Assembly (NCBI GenBank): GCA_904063045.1
Contig: CAJFCJ010000033.1
Span: forward strand, 62,001 to 126,000
Length of the DNA: 64,000 nucleotides
Direction of reading: 5' to 3'
Source of the DNA: Dimorphilus gyrociliatus
Lineage: Eukaryota; Animalia; Annelida
Shown here: positions 32,439 through 45,211 of the stretch, piece after piece
How the letters are laid out: the number at the start of each line of letters is the position of its first letter
How positions within the stretch are numbered: the first letter of the stretch is position 1
Made by a program: the position numbers and the translations under genes
The notes under the pieces: model-generated
Database searches by the model: none
What the model saw: the letters and a program-made list of their open reading frames with translations, nothing else
What the model was told of the DNA's origin: nothing

Positions 32439-35400
32439 ATGTGGGATCCAACACACGTGAAAGTAACTGGTTAGTCATTTTAAATATTTATATACGATAT
32501 GAATTTATACGGCTAATAATTTAATCGGAATGTTTGTAATGAGAACATTCTTTTCTGTCTTTTGAAAAAAAAAGGAACGTTCTATTCCTTTGAATCGACA
32601 TAGATTTGTTATTTCTATCATTTAAGTAAAGATATTTATGATATTCTTAATCTAATGATGAACAGTTAAACATTAATTTAAAAATAATAATCTTATTAAA
32701 GCAAAAAGTTAAAAATAGCTATTTGTGTCACGATGAATGAGAATGTCGAAAAAAGGCATGGAACGTTTAGGTAAAAAGTTGAACGACATTTGATAATCTT
32801 TAACAACACTTTTTATAGCATAAATAAATAAATTTGAGAAGATTTCCGTTAAAAATCTCTGACATATTTTGTAAAAACTTTTAAAAATACCATAATTTTA
32901 TAGAAATCGAATATTGTAACCTTTTGACACATGCTATCATTGATTCGAAATGATCTATAGAGAATTGATATTTCGCTTGATTTTTTTTTTCGAAAATTTA
33001 CCACCCTAACAGTAATTGATATATTATTAAATAAATATCTTTTTTGCAGTTATTCAAGCTCGAAGCTTGCTAGAAAAAAAGTCAAAGGGAAACGATGTAT
33101 ACGTTGTCATCTCTCTGGGGAAGGAGAAATATCGTACCTCTGTTCAAGAACAAACAAAGTCCCCTTATTGGAACGAAGAATGTGACCTGTACGATTTGTT
33201 TTCTTTTCATATCATTTCAATGTGATATGATCTATGATGAAAAGAATAATTTTATTTTTACCATTTTTCTCTTATCAGAGTCATTCCTCAAGATCGAAAG
33301 CCATTAAAACTCAAAGTTTTTCATCGTAGTCTGTCAGCATTATCCAGTGATGATTTCTTAGGACAAGCACTAATTCCCATTCAAGACATTGATATGGACG
33401 CTCAACCACGTGCAAAGTGGTATACGCTAGAAAGTAAACCCTCTAAAAAGGCTGCTGTAAAGGAAAGAGGAGAATTAGAAGTTAAAATCTCTTTTATTGT
33501 TAAATCTCAGATAGATAGCTCAAAATTATCTGCAGGTTTGTATTAAATTTTCGTACATATATTTGTACATTATATATTTTTGAATTCTTTATAGGCCCTC
33601 TCGGTAAACGTACATTGAGTTCAACGTCAATTGGGAAAATTAAGAAGCGTAGCGGTAGCTTATTATCGCTGTCTAAGAAAGCCACCTCAGGCAGTGTTCG
33701 TAATCTGGCGTCCTCCGTTGGTTGGTAGAATTAATTTTTTCTTAATAAAGAGCAGATTTCATAGAATGATAGAATAGGTGTTAAAAATTCAATTATTTCA
33801 CAGGTAAAGTGTTTACACTAGGTAGAAAGAAGGATAAAAATAAGGTATTTGTGTAGACGGCTTACTATTCAATTTCATAGTAACATTAATTTTTTTAATC
33901 AATAGGCTTCTGCTGATAGCGCAAGCGTCACGTCGTCGATTGACGGAAGAGACAGTGATGTTAATATAACTAAATTTATCTTTATTAGCTTTAAAAAATG
34001 ATACAATAAATAACCTTTATATAAATAAAACTTTATATAAAGGTTATGTTGAACTTTAACAATTTTTCTCTAAATTTCAAAAATTTCTCTTTAACATTAA
34101 AATTTTTTTATTCATCAGCTTGAGAGAGATATCAATACTAATCCATTTGAAGACGATACGTCCTTTGGTGGTAAGTGTTTTTCTTTTACTTTTTAAAGCT
34201 ATTTTAAAGCTTGTTTGTTTATCGTTTAAAAATTTTAAAAACTTTTTGTTTTATTTTTTTTAATAGAAAAAGCGGAGGAACCACCAAAAAAAGGTATATG
34301 ACATTCTTTAGTTTTTTTTATTTGCTTAAAAAAGAATAGACAGGCTAGGTTAGATGGATAAACAGGCAAACACAAATATAATAACCAAGTCACAAACTAA
34401 TAAAAATTAGAAGCTTTTATACTTATTACTAAATCAAATGAAAAGGGGGGGGGGAGAAAGGAAAAGATAATCATAATTAATATATTGCGATTGAAAAAAT
34501 TAAATGTCGCTCCAAATAGATTGATTAAGTTTTAGACTAATATTCTACCTGTGTATGTAAGAAATATAACTCTGTATTTGAATATACGTAAGATACTAAT
34601 TTGCTTAAATATTTACATAGAGTACGTAAGATTCCTCTTAGCGATTTATAAATAAATTAAATTTAAAAGACACGCTTTTATCGTACTAGTCGTCGTCTGG
34701 TACAATTTTTATAGGTCATTGTGCATAATTTTTTTTGGCATTTATATATATATATATATGCTGTATGTATTACTCTCATTATTCAGTTTAAATAATAATA
34801 ATGTTTTATTTTTGTTAAACTAATTTTTTATTATTGTTAAAAAAAAGTTAAATTATAAAGAAGATGGACAAACAAACACTGTTGGTTCGGGTATAATGAT
34901 TGAAAACGTCTTGTAGTTTGTCATCCTTATTTTTTTTATCATTATTACTACTTATTGTCTTTATACTTAGTTAACTTGGAAAAGAACGTAAAATTTTATA
35001 TAATTAGACTAATTGTGGCAATGTGAATGAATTAGTTTATTTTTTTTAATCTTATTGAAAAATCCTTGTTATATTTTTAAAAAGCAGTAAATTTTATAAT
35101 CAATTGTAAAGATAATAATGTGTTTCTTTTGTGCCTTGATGATGTTAGTTTATACTATAATAGAAATAATCTCTATCCTATTCCTTATTTCTCTCAATGT
35201 AAGATAAAGAGTTTTATTGGTTATAAATTAATGAATTGCTATTAAATGTTTTAGATTTAATTCTAAATCTCAATACTGTTAACCTCTTTTTGGTTGTTAT
35301 TTTTTAAAAGAGAAATCCTTTTATTCCACACAGGCTCTCCTATATGGGGGAAAAAGAACAATGGTAAGAATAAAATTGTATTCGTTTGTTCCACATAGCT

Positions 35401-38083
35401 ATAAAAAAAACTTTTTTCGAAAAATATAGGTGGTTTAAGCGCTACAAAATCTGGAAAAGGATCAAATAACTCATCAAGAAGAGGTAATTTTTACAATTGA
35501 AGATAGCTTTTTACCCCTTAATGAACTTAACAATTTGCTTATTAAGCTTCCGATCAGTATGATTATCCTGATACAAATCCGTTTGAAAGTAAGTTCACTA
35601 TTTATTTTTGATTTGTAGATATACTTTAAAATCATCTTTACGAAGATATTGCTATTGTATTATTAAATATATTCCCATTCTTGTACAGTTGAAATGAATG
35701 GAACTAAAGATCATAGCAATGAAAATAAGACAACAAATGGAAAAAAATCTCAATCGAGTATGAAATTTTATTCAGAATATTAAACATTAAAATTATATTT
35801 TTAATATAAATTGTGTCCTTTGTTATTTTTTATCACAGATAACTTGAACGATTCCAAATCAAGTCCCGAAAAGGAAAGTTTTGGATCTCCGACTTCACCA
35901 ACGGGTAAGTAAAAAGGTTTCTTTTTTTTCTTTTCAAGTTGAGGCTACAATTACTTTTGTAAAAAGTTTATATTTTAACTAATTGAAATGTAATTTAAAA
36001 GTACATTTTTAAACGCTATACTAAATAATGAAAGACATACTTAGATCATCTAATTCCCAAGTGGCAATAGTCAAAAGTCTACTAATATTAACCTAGTTTT
36101 AGTATTATAATTTATATATGTAATATACAGTATATACACTAATGTATAGTTTATGTACATTTCCAATCGACTTGTCAGTTGTTTTATTTATCTATTATTT
36201 TTCACTTTTTTTTCGTTATATGAACTGCAGTCGGTAAAAGTGAAAATTCTAATAAAGGTTAGTTTTAAAAATAGTACCTTTTTTCGCCATTTATCCATTA
36301 GCATTATGATTACTATGATAGCTGTCTATCTCTTTTATAACTCTTTATCAATACGATTGATATATAATTAATATAGGCCTGGCTTCAAACGTTGGTATCC
36401 AGGCGGTTGCTGAATCAAAGGTTGCTTGTAATCAAACAATTGATGGTAAGTTGACTCCATATATAACATATTTTTTCTAGGGTCGATACCTTGACGAAGG
36501 TAATAAGAATATAAATAGTCGGAAAGTGTAGTCTAGTTAAAATAGATAATGAAAAAAAGATAGAACTATATTCTACATAGAAAATTTCTCTTAAAATCAC
36601 AAAAACAAAAAAAACGTCTTGTTTCTAATAGCAGTAGAATAAATTACTTTATTAACCCTACTTTATTCTCCCGTCTTAATTGTTTGTTTTGATTAGACAT
36701 ATCGAAGAAAGACTCGCCACCAGCTAAAGGTAATACTGGTAAGTGTTTTTTTTTTGTTTGTTTTTCTTAGGATTTTAGCAACGAACTGCAGATCATTAAT
36801 AAGATTATTATTTTTGATATTTGCAGTCTCGAGTTTTATTTATTTATTTTTTTACATGTACGCATTCACATTTTTTTATTTATACATGTACATACATTGT
36901 GTTGGTATTTATTGTGTTGAATTAGCAGAAAATGACATTGATGCAAGTCAATCACGTAGTAAGTAGTGCGTGAAATTTTGCTATAAAACTTGCAAAAGCC
37001 TACTTTTATATAAATATCTTTATATTAAAATTATATACATCTTATTCTTAATTCATTAATTTTCAAGCTACTTTTAGCTTTAAAAAAACGATATTTGTAG
37101 CTTTTTTTATTTTATTTTTTTTCCGCTAACGAAAATTTTCTACACGCTTTTTTTTCTTTCTTTTTTTTTTATCAGACAATGATAGAAAACCATTCAAACG
37201 AAAAAACCATTTAATCTCATCGTCATTTTTAATTGAATGTATGATTTATTTTTTATCCTTTTTTTATTTTGGGCACCAGCTTATTAAGTTATTTTTTGAA
37301 GTTTTTTTTGTATATTTTAAATTGTTATACCCAAAAAGAGACAAAGAAATTAAAAATAAGCTGTAAAAAGTTCATAGGTACAGCTAAAAGGTTGATAGGC
37401 CCTTTGGTCTTGAAAAAAGATTAAACCTGTAAAACAAATCTTTAAAGTAGAACAGATTTTAAAATTAGTTTGTATTTAAAAAGAAAGACTTTGGAAAGTG
37501 ATATTCTTTTTCTAACTATGAAATATCTGTCTTCCTTTTTTTATGCTTCATTTTCGCTTGTTAATAATAACTTTGTCTTGTATATACTGTCTATAGTATT
37601 TTTGCATTTAGTATCTTATCATAATACAAATGATTTCATCTTACCAAAGGCGCGAGGGGATCTTTTGCAAAATTAATCAAACTACCCGATAATGATAAGA
37701 AAGTTAAAGCCAGCTACCTTGACCTAACTCGAGACGTAAGTTATAACAAGTCTATCTTCCTTTTCTTAAGCAACAAAGAGGAAAAGAATTAAAAATAGGC
37801 GAGGCTACGTTGCAATTAATTTGATATATTTAAGTCGTAAAATAGACATTTCCCTTCCTCCTTTGTTCTAAGTGTCCTTAAAAAGGCCTTTCTCCTATTT
37901 CAGGAACTAATAAGTCTACTTATGGCAAAGGATGAAGAAATAGACACATATCGTGTTAAAGTGGATGATTTATGCGCCAAACTGATGTTGGCAAATCCGG
38001 CTCTGCTCGAGATCAAGCCTACTCGACCTGTAACCAGAGGTCATAGAGTTTCTACTTCTTGTGGAAGAATAGATTTCAGCTGA
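32439..38083 (+). CDS. RAB11FIP: Class I Rab11 family-interacting protein (C2 domain, NPF motifs, C-terminal Rab-binding coiled coil)
   Basis: MWDPTHVKVTV-IQARSLL..GNDVYVVISLGKEKYRTSV..SPYWNEECD; DDFLGQA..P; KWYTLESKP..KERGELEV; NPF motifs at ~34140 and ~35576; terminal LTRDELISLL...NPALLEI; stop TGA 38081-38083. Confidence 0.9.
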
Positions 38084-38937
38084 GCATATCATTTATTTTT
38101 CTTCATTTAATCGTCATCTTTTTTTATTTGATATAATTGCATTTCTTTATGATTGTTTTTTATTTATAGTTTGTGCAATATTTGTTAGTGATATGATGCA
38201 AAAATGATAGAGCACAACGGTTTTTACGTGTTATTTTATTTCAGAGGAATAAGCAACAAGCTATTATCATGCTCGTGCTAACTTTAACGTATTTGTTACG
38301 CGATAAAATGTTCAATTTTGATATATCTCACTTAGCGTATTTATAGACTGTCTAACAAACTTTTGCTGTGATTTTTTGTTCTTTAATTTATTTCATCAAC
38401 TTCGAAAACTCTGATTCTTATGCAGACAAACAATTCCTTATTCTCTATTCAGTCTATTTCTCTCTAATGTAAACGATTTGTTGAAATCACTAGACAATTG
38501 AAAAATTAATGCATACGTCTTTTGCTCTACTTGTAAACTGATACCGAAAGATAAAACGGTGTAGTTAACTTTTGTCTCTGAAAAAAAAAGATGGAAAAAA
38601 AGAGAAATATTAAATATTTAGAAAAAAAATTATCCAAATGGAAATGTTAAAATGTTTCTTTTTTTGTTTAATCGTTTGTTTTTCTTATATATCTATAGTT
38701 AAAGTAGCTCTGAAAAGAAACTTTCATGCTTTTCTTTTCTCTTCCCTTTATCTTCTTTTCAATATAGTTGATAAAAAAATTTGCTGAAGTTAAAAATTTA
38801 TTTTTCTTTTTTTATTTCGTTTTCATTGTAAAAGAAATAAGTGCACGTTTTTCTTTTCAATCTGTCATTCATTTCATGGTATAAAGAAATAATACAATCA
38901 GTATATATACGTATATATATATACGTATATAAATACA

Positions 38938-38938
<1 letters not shown>

Positions 38939-38979
<41 letters not shown>
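38939..38979. repeat. (TA)n microsatellite preceded by TACAG
   Basis: Direct reading. Confidence 0.95.
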
Positions 38980-38982
<3 letters not shown>

Positions 38983-39331
38983 AAATGCAAACATATACTC
39001 TATATAGAATATACCATAAAAAACAACGAACGTACCTTTAAGCGTACTACTCCATAAATTTATCTATGTACAGATTTATAATTGTTTAAAAATAAGATAT
39101 TCTTTGAAGATTCTCACATCAAATACAATAAACAAATTGCACGCAAAAACAAACCAGTAATGCCTGCGTGTATTAGTATATTAATATATAGACAATTAGC
39201 TTATCTTTACGTATAAGATTTCATTTTGAGCAACAATTAAAAATAAAAAATAATAAAAATTGAAAAATGATCCGATCCGCACTTTTACTATATACATCTG
39301 CTATATTCTCTGTGTTTTAGCTCGGTAGATT

Positions 39332-41465
39332 CTATGGAATCGAATAAGATTTACTATCTTTATTTATTGGGAGTTTATATGGGGCTGATAGAAAGAATGA
39401 TAGGCTCTGCCAATCCTCTTTCCATTTATAATGGACTATTGTTTTTAAGATGGGTGGAACTCGTTTTGTTGGCGATATTAACAACGGAACGATTGAATTT
39501 CCTTCTCTATTTGATGGATCTTTTTTTAATCTCTCTTCAATATCATTCCATATTTTCTGTACAGAGGTATCTTTTCCTTCTAGTAAATTCCTCTCAAATG
39601 ATGGAGTTATGCATAGTAATACAAACGGAGCCTAAAAAGAACAAGTGATCGAAGATTAAGAATTGAAAAGAACAGTTGTACGAAACTATTGAAAATGAAA
39701 TTTACCTGTTTATAAACATTCCACATCCAACAATCTCGATTTTCTTTTACTAAGTCTTGTTTAAAATCATCAAATTCAACCCTAAACTTGTTTTTTATAA
39801 GCCAACATGCAATATTTGTTATCTTATCAATATTCTTTTTATCAGAAGAGTCATAGGCAATTAAGACGCGACTTCGAAATTTCGACAAGTCCCCTGAAAA
39901 AAAAGCAAACTTAAAATTTGAATTTGTTTTTTAGGAGTTTCAATTGTCTTTTTGCTTTCGTTAAAGATTTCTATAATAAATTTTATGTAATAAATGCTAA
40001 CTGAATGTGGTTCGTTGAGAAAGACAATAATCACTAGGAAGGGATTCAGTATTCGTAGCTAAACCTATTGGTTTAGGTAAATTTGTCTTCTTACTTTTCT
40101 TAGAAGCATTAGGAAACGTTCCTGTATTGTATCCAGGTCTAGCAAAAATTTTACTTAAATCTTCTGGCAAAATGACGTTCTTGGAAACAACTGTAGAGTT
40201 GCAAGATTGTGATTCAATGGTCTGGTTTGTCATTTGACAATCCATGGCATTGGAAAGATTATTCATGCGTAATCCATTCGTTCTTATATTTCTCTCTTCG
40301 TAATGGTCAAAATTCATGTGGGATAGTTGTCTACTATGAGAGTCATCATATTCCATACTAGTTTCTTCAGTATAAGTTTGAGAGGAATCATTGCGCATAG
40401 CTGAAGAAGAGTTTATGCCTAGAGAATATCTACACTTATTATTGTCTTCACATTCCATAGCAATGCTACAGGGAGAAGTCTGACAATTATGTATTGGCTT
40501 TTTTGGAAGAAACTTTTGCTGATTGTCAAAGCCGTTTGAACTTGTTGTACCATGATGTTTCAAAGCTAGATCCTCCAGTTCTTTTGCTTTTTTTAATTCT
40601 TCTTGGTGTTCGATAAATTTTTCTAAAATATAAATTAACAACATAAGACGCAATGTTTTCTTTTTATAATAGTCTAAATATCTTACTCGACATTAAATCA
40701 AGTAAATAACTACAACCAACTTGAATCCCAGCCTCATGGAAGATCTCGTAAAGTTTATTTAAACTCGTATCTTTAAATCGATTCAAAAAATAGTCCATCG
40801 CCTTTCTAGCCTTATTAGAAAAAATTTTTCCATTTCTGTCATGAGTAGTGCCTTCCAACGCCTATTGAAAGACAATAATATAATATAATATAAACATATT
40901 TCTTGATATTTCTAAAAATAACAAACAAAATAATAATAAATAATAATAATAGTATTACACAGATAAGGATATGGATATACTATGTATTGAACGGTTTATT
41001 CACACTGAAGAAATAGGTCTGAATCATATTATGGCAGGTAAAAACGAAAGACAAATATGGTGGTGACACAGCATAAAACTTTTTACACAAGAGCATTAAG
41101 AAAACTGTCTCATTCTATTTACTTCCTCAGAAGAATTATTAATCAGAGTCATATATATATATATATATATATATATGTTTAGTTAGCGTTTATGTCAATA
41201 AAGAATAAAAATTTCTAATGTATTTTTAACCTATTTTAATTCTTGTATCCTCTTTTACCATAAAATCTTCTACTGCGATAAATAAAGAAATAAATTTTCG
41301 AATATCTACCTCTATTTCCAGACAGTTCATATTCATTGCTTCGCATACACGTATCCAATTAGACATTACAAATGCATCCACTCTTTCCCTTTCAGTATAA
41401 GTTAACCAGCCATAGGGTATGAGTACAGTTTGCAAAAGTGCCCTGGCGTTTTCATTTTCTTCCAT
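39332..41465 (-). CDS. Cytoplasmic death-fold-like + SEFIR domain adaptor (Act1/CIKS-like), 5 exons
   Basis: Exons 41465-41259, 40861-~40688, ~40616-~40004, ~39893-~39706, ~39631-39332 join in phase. SEFIR box 1 RVLIAYDSSD...IACWLIKNKFRVEFDDF, then FVLLCITPSFER and IVPLLIS...VPPILK..HYKW. N-terminal helical domain (WIRVCEAMNM; KAMDYFLNRFKDTSLNKLYEIFHEAG) resembles a death fold. No signal peptide or TM. Confidence 0.8.
41152..41176. repeat. (AT)n microsatellite in intron
   Basis: Direct reading. Confidence 0.9.
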
Positions 41466-43650
41466 TTTAGAATGTTCTTTTATCCTTAGTTTATCTGATA
41501 GGTTTACAGATTTTCAACATAGTTCTAAAAGTATTTTTTTTTTAATTTATATTATTATTTACAATAGCATGATCAAATTTCAATCAATATTTCTTGTTTA
41601 CCGATCTTAGAAACTTTTCTCTGCACACAACAAGAACAATAGGGAGAGGACTACAGAAGTTTAAAATTTTACTTTTTTAGAATACAAATCAAACCTTTTA
41701 AATCTAAAAGCCCAGATGAAGATAATATTATAAAATAGATAAATCCATTTACAGGAACAATTATCGAGAGATTAAGGTATATTACTTTATATTAGTTCTT
41801 CTCTGATAAAAGCGAAAGATACATAGGCTTTTTACCAGTTAACCCCGACGAGTTTAATTTTTATAGGGATGATCAGTTCATATAATATTTAAAAGAACAG
41901 TTGAAGAAAGATTTGGAACATTCTGTTGTTTTACGATTTGTTTCTTATGGGCAGCGATAAATCTATTCTTTTTCAAATTTCGATCTAATTATTTAACTTT
42001 TAAAGCAAAGTTTCTTTAATAACTTTATATATAAAATATCGATTAAACTATACAACATTCCTTATGAATCATACTGTTACAATTTACTGACGAGTACTCA
42101 ATATATCAAGATAATTCTAGGAATGTTTACATTAATTTTCATTCCTAGTCTACCTGTTTAAATATTTGAATAATACAATATGACGTCAACAAAGAGTCTC
42201 TTATTTCGTACAGTAAAAGTAGACAATTGTTAAAGGATTTCGGTTTTTTTTTTAAACACGAAGGAAACTGTCTGCTCTTGAAGTTATCTTCAATATTTAT
42301 TATAAGTATTAATGTAACATATTATCAGGATATCTAATCAGTAAAAATTTTTTTATTTTACTACCTGATAGCCATATAGTTATACCTACATCTACAGTAT
42401 ATATATATATATATATCTTAAAATATCATTCTTATACAAGATACCTTACTATTTCTTTATTAATCGTTATAATTCGAAAGTGAAATATTTATACTGTTCT
42501 TTAATAATAGTTTTAATTGATAGAAATAAAACTGAATACAGGAAGTTTAAAAACATAAAACAGAAACTAAGACTCACCTCTCCTTTTTGACGGTGATCAA
42601 TCCTTTAAATTAATCAATAACTTCGAATATAAACCTTTAGATCAGTTTAATCACACTTCTATCATATCTAAAACAGTAAGTTAAAATGAAGCAGGCGAAT
42701 ACGCAGTATCTATATGGTATTCTTTTCCACCATATAATAAACAATCTACGAAAAGTCGATCTAACGTTGATTAATAATTATCAGTAAAATTGTAGGTAGG
42801 TAAAAACACTGAAATCTAAAGTGACTGACTGATTTTTTTCCTGTTTTAGTTAGGATTAAAAAATCCTCTACTATTCCGCTTGTATTAAATCTTTTGTACT
42901 ATTTATTTCTATGCGATCGCTATTCACCTAGACCTTAACCTACAGAAATAGCTCTATATTATACCTATTCATATTTTGCTGATATTTTTCAAATAGATGA
43001 ATACGTTGTCCATTTCTTGTTGTCGCTTTAACTAAAATTGCTGGCCTCATAGGCGTTGGGACCTTTAGCTTATTATCGATATTTGACGGCCTCCCAACAA
43101 CTTTATTGGCGGTTAATTTTATATATCTGTTTCTAAGAAATACTTATCTAACACAGATCAATCGGTTTCTATCTCCAAAACGCTGGAAAACAGATGTCTT
43201 CTTTTTGTGAGTTAAAGACATAAGCTTATAATTTGATGTAAACTTTTTTTTTCTCTATTGTCTTAATGAGCCTATTCCTAAAATGTATTTTTGGTTGGTA
43301 ATATTTGAGACAAAGACAAAAGCTCAACTTTCTTCCAGAAACTATAAAAATTACTTATTTTAGAAATTAAATATTTCTTATTGGGAACTTACTTAAGCAA
43401 AAGTAAAAATAAAGAAAGGAAATGTTATTTATTATTTTATCAAAGATTCAAAGTTCATTATAGGAGTTTTCATAAAGGGACTTTTCCCAGAAAATGTACA
43501 ATATATATTTTGATATATATATAAAAATAATTTCAAAGACAGAAAAAAAGTGTCCCTTGAAAAAGACAACCGTAATTCCTGCGCCTACAATTTTTCGAAA
43601 TCTACTTATACATATTAATAATTCTGTAATATTAATAATGGTATTGAATG

Positions 43651-45211
43651 TTATTTATAGACGTTCATAAAGTCCAAATCGTATTTAGTCCGTTTCGGAG
43701 ATACAGATGATCTTTTCAAACGACGTAAAATGGGTTGGAGTAAATCTTTGTCTTCCTCAGTTTCCGATTCACATAGTTTACGCTTGCTCTTCCAACCTTC
43801 TCGTCTTTGAATATACCAATCAACGCGCTCTCGATATTTTGCCTCCATATCTTCATCTTCATTGCGGTCTGATACATTTTCCTTGGCAAAAAACCCTTTT
43901 TCTAACCTGAATAAAATCTCTTTTAATATTTTACAAAAAGAAAAGTTTGCAGTCTATAGTCCAAAACTTACACTTCGCATGTCAAACATTCACAAAAACA
44001 ATTCTTCTTGCCAAAAAAATCATTTCCATAATTACAGAAAATTTCATCTTCACGTTCGATATTATTTATCGCAACAACTTCAATCGTTCCGTCGTGCTTT
44101 GTCACAAACTTACAATTTGGATTACAATCATGGTTAATAAAAGAGATCGGACCCAGCCACAGTTGAGATCTTTTGTCACACGTCGAGTACATAACGCTGT
44201 GATCGTTTTTGCCTGGAATCAAAATGTCCACTTCGTCCTTTTCACTAAGTTTGGCTGCCATTCCAACTAATCGTTTTATTCTGTCTCCTCGACACCATTT
44301 TTTTGTAGCAATAACTTTAGCCCCTTTATAATTTTCCCATTTATAACGATCGCACCTTTCAAGGCGGAAGCCGGAGGAGGTCAGGAAAAAAGAGAAGTAT
44401 GTAGCAAGCTATAGAAGAAAATGTAATTATTACTTGAAGATAATGCGATTAGTGTGTTAATATTATGAAAAAAAATTTCACTTAGTAGAATCCAACACCT
44501 ACAATATATCTATATCTAAACCTATAACGCTTAATATTCGCCAACATGAAATGTTCTTTTCTAAAATGTTCCATTTTTTTATTATACGAATGCAAACTAA
44601 TTCCTAAAAGTTTATAGTTTTAAATAATACTTACATGACGATGAAATGATATAACACATTCATCAATAACAGTATAAAACTTTCTGAAGTATATTTCAGT
44701 TTCGGCTATCAAGTCGAAAACAGCGTCAATGGCCTTGGTTTTCTTCGCAAAACGAGCTATGCCAATGTAAACATGTAGTTTGGACTTGTCGAAGCTGGGA
44801 AAGAATAATTTGTTTTTAAATTATTGTTAAAAATGCTTTATATGAGAAATTGTTAACTTACTCGACGACGTTCATCTTTCGGGTTTCAAAACCAATAATA
44901 GGATCTATGAGCATACTTGTTGCTAGGTCATCATTGAGGCATAGATCTTTCAAACTCATATGAGTTTTATGATGTATCCTCATGTTGTCCTCGTCGTCGG
45001 TTTGTGATCTAAAAATGAAAAAAACACATTTCAACTGCCGCCATGCGTTTTTTAGTCGCTAAAATGTCGCCTCGATAAGTTCATTTTCTTGCAAACAAAA
45101 TATTTCATGTCATAGATAAATAATTAAAAAAACTTACGAATCGTCCGTAAAAGCAAAATTTGCCACTTTGGCTGTAGAATAAAGGGGGGCCTTTCTTCGG
45201 CGTTTTTTCAT
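43651..45211 (-). CDS. SUV420H: Histone H4K20 methyltransferase Suv4-20 (KMT5B/C)
   Basis: ATG 45211; [30 protein letters not shown]; [34 protein letters not shown]; [16 protein letters not shown] post-SET; stop at 43651. Confidence 0.95.

Noticed and set aside
41681-41960. Plus-strand frame with three internal stops resembling a pseudogene
   Set aside because: Stop density not far from random for AT-rich DNA and the implied intron is only 36 nt.
29410-45211. HP1-like and Suv4-20 genes as a heterochromatin gene cluster
   Set aside because: 14 kb apart with three unrelated genes between; adjacency is uninformative in such a gene-dense genome.
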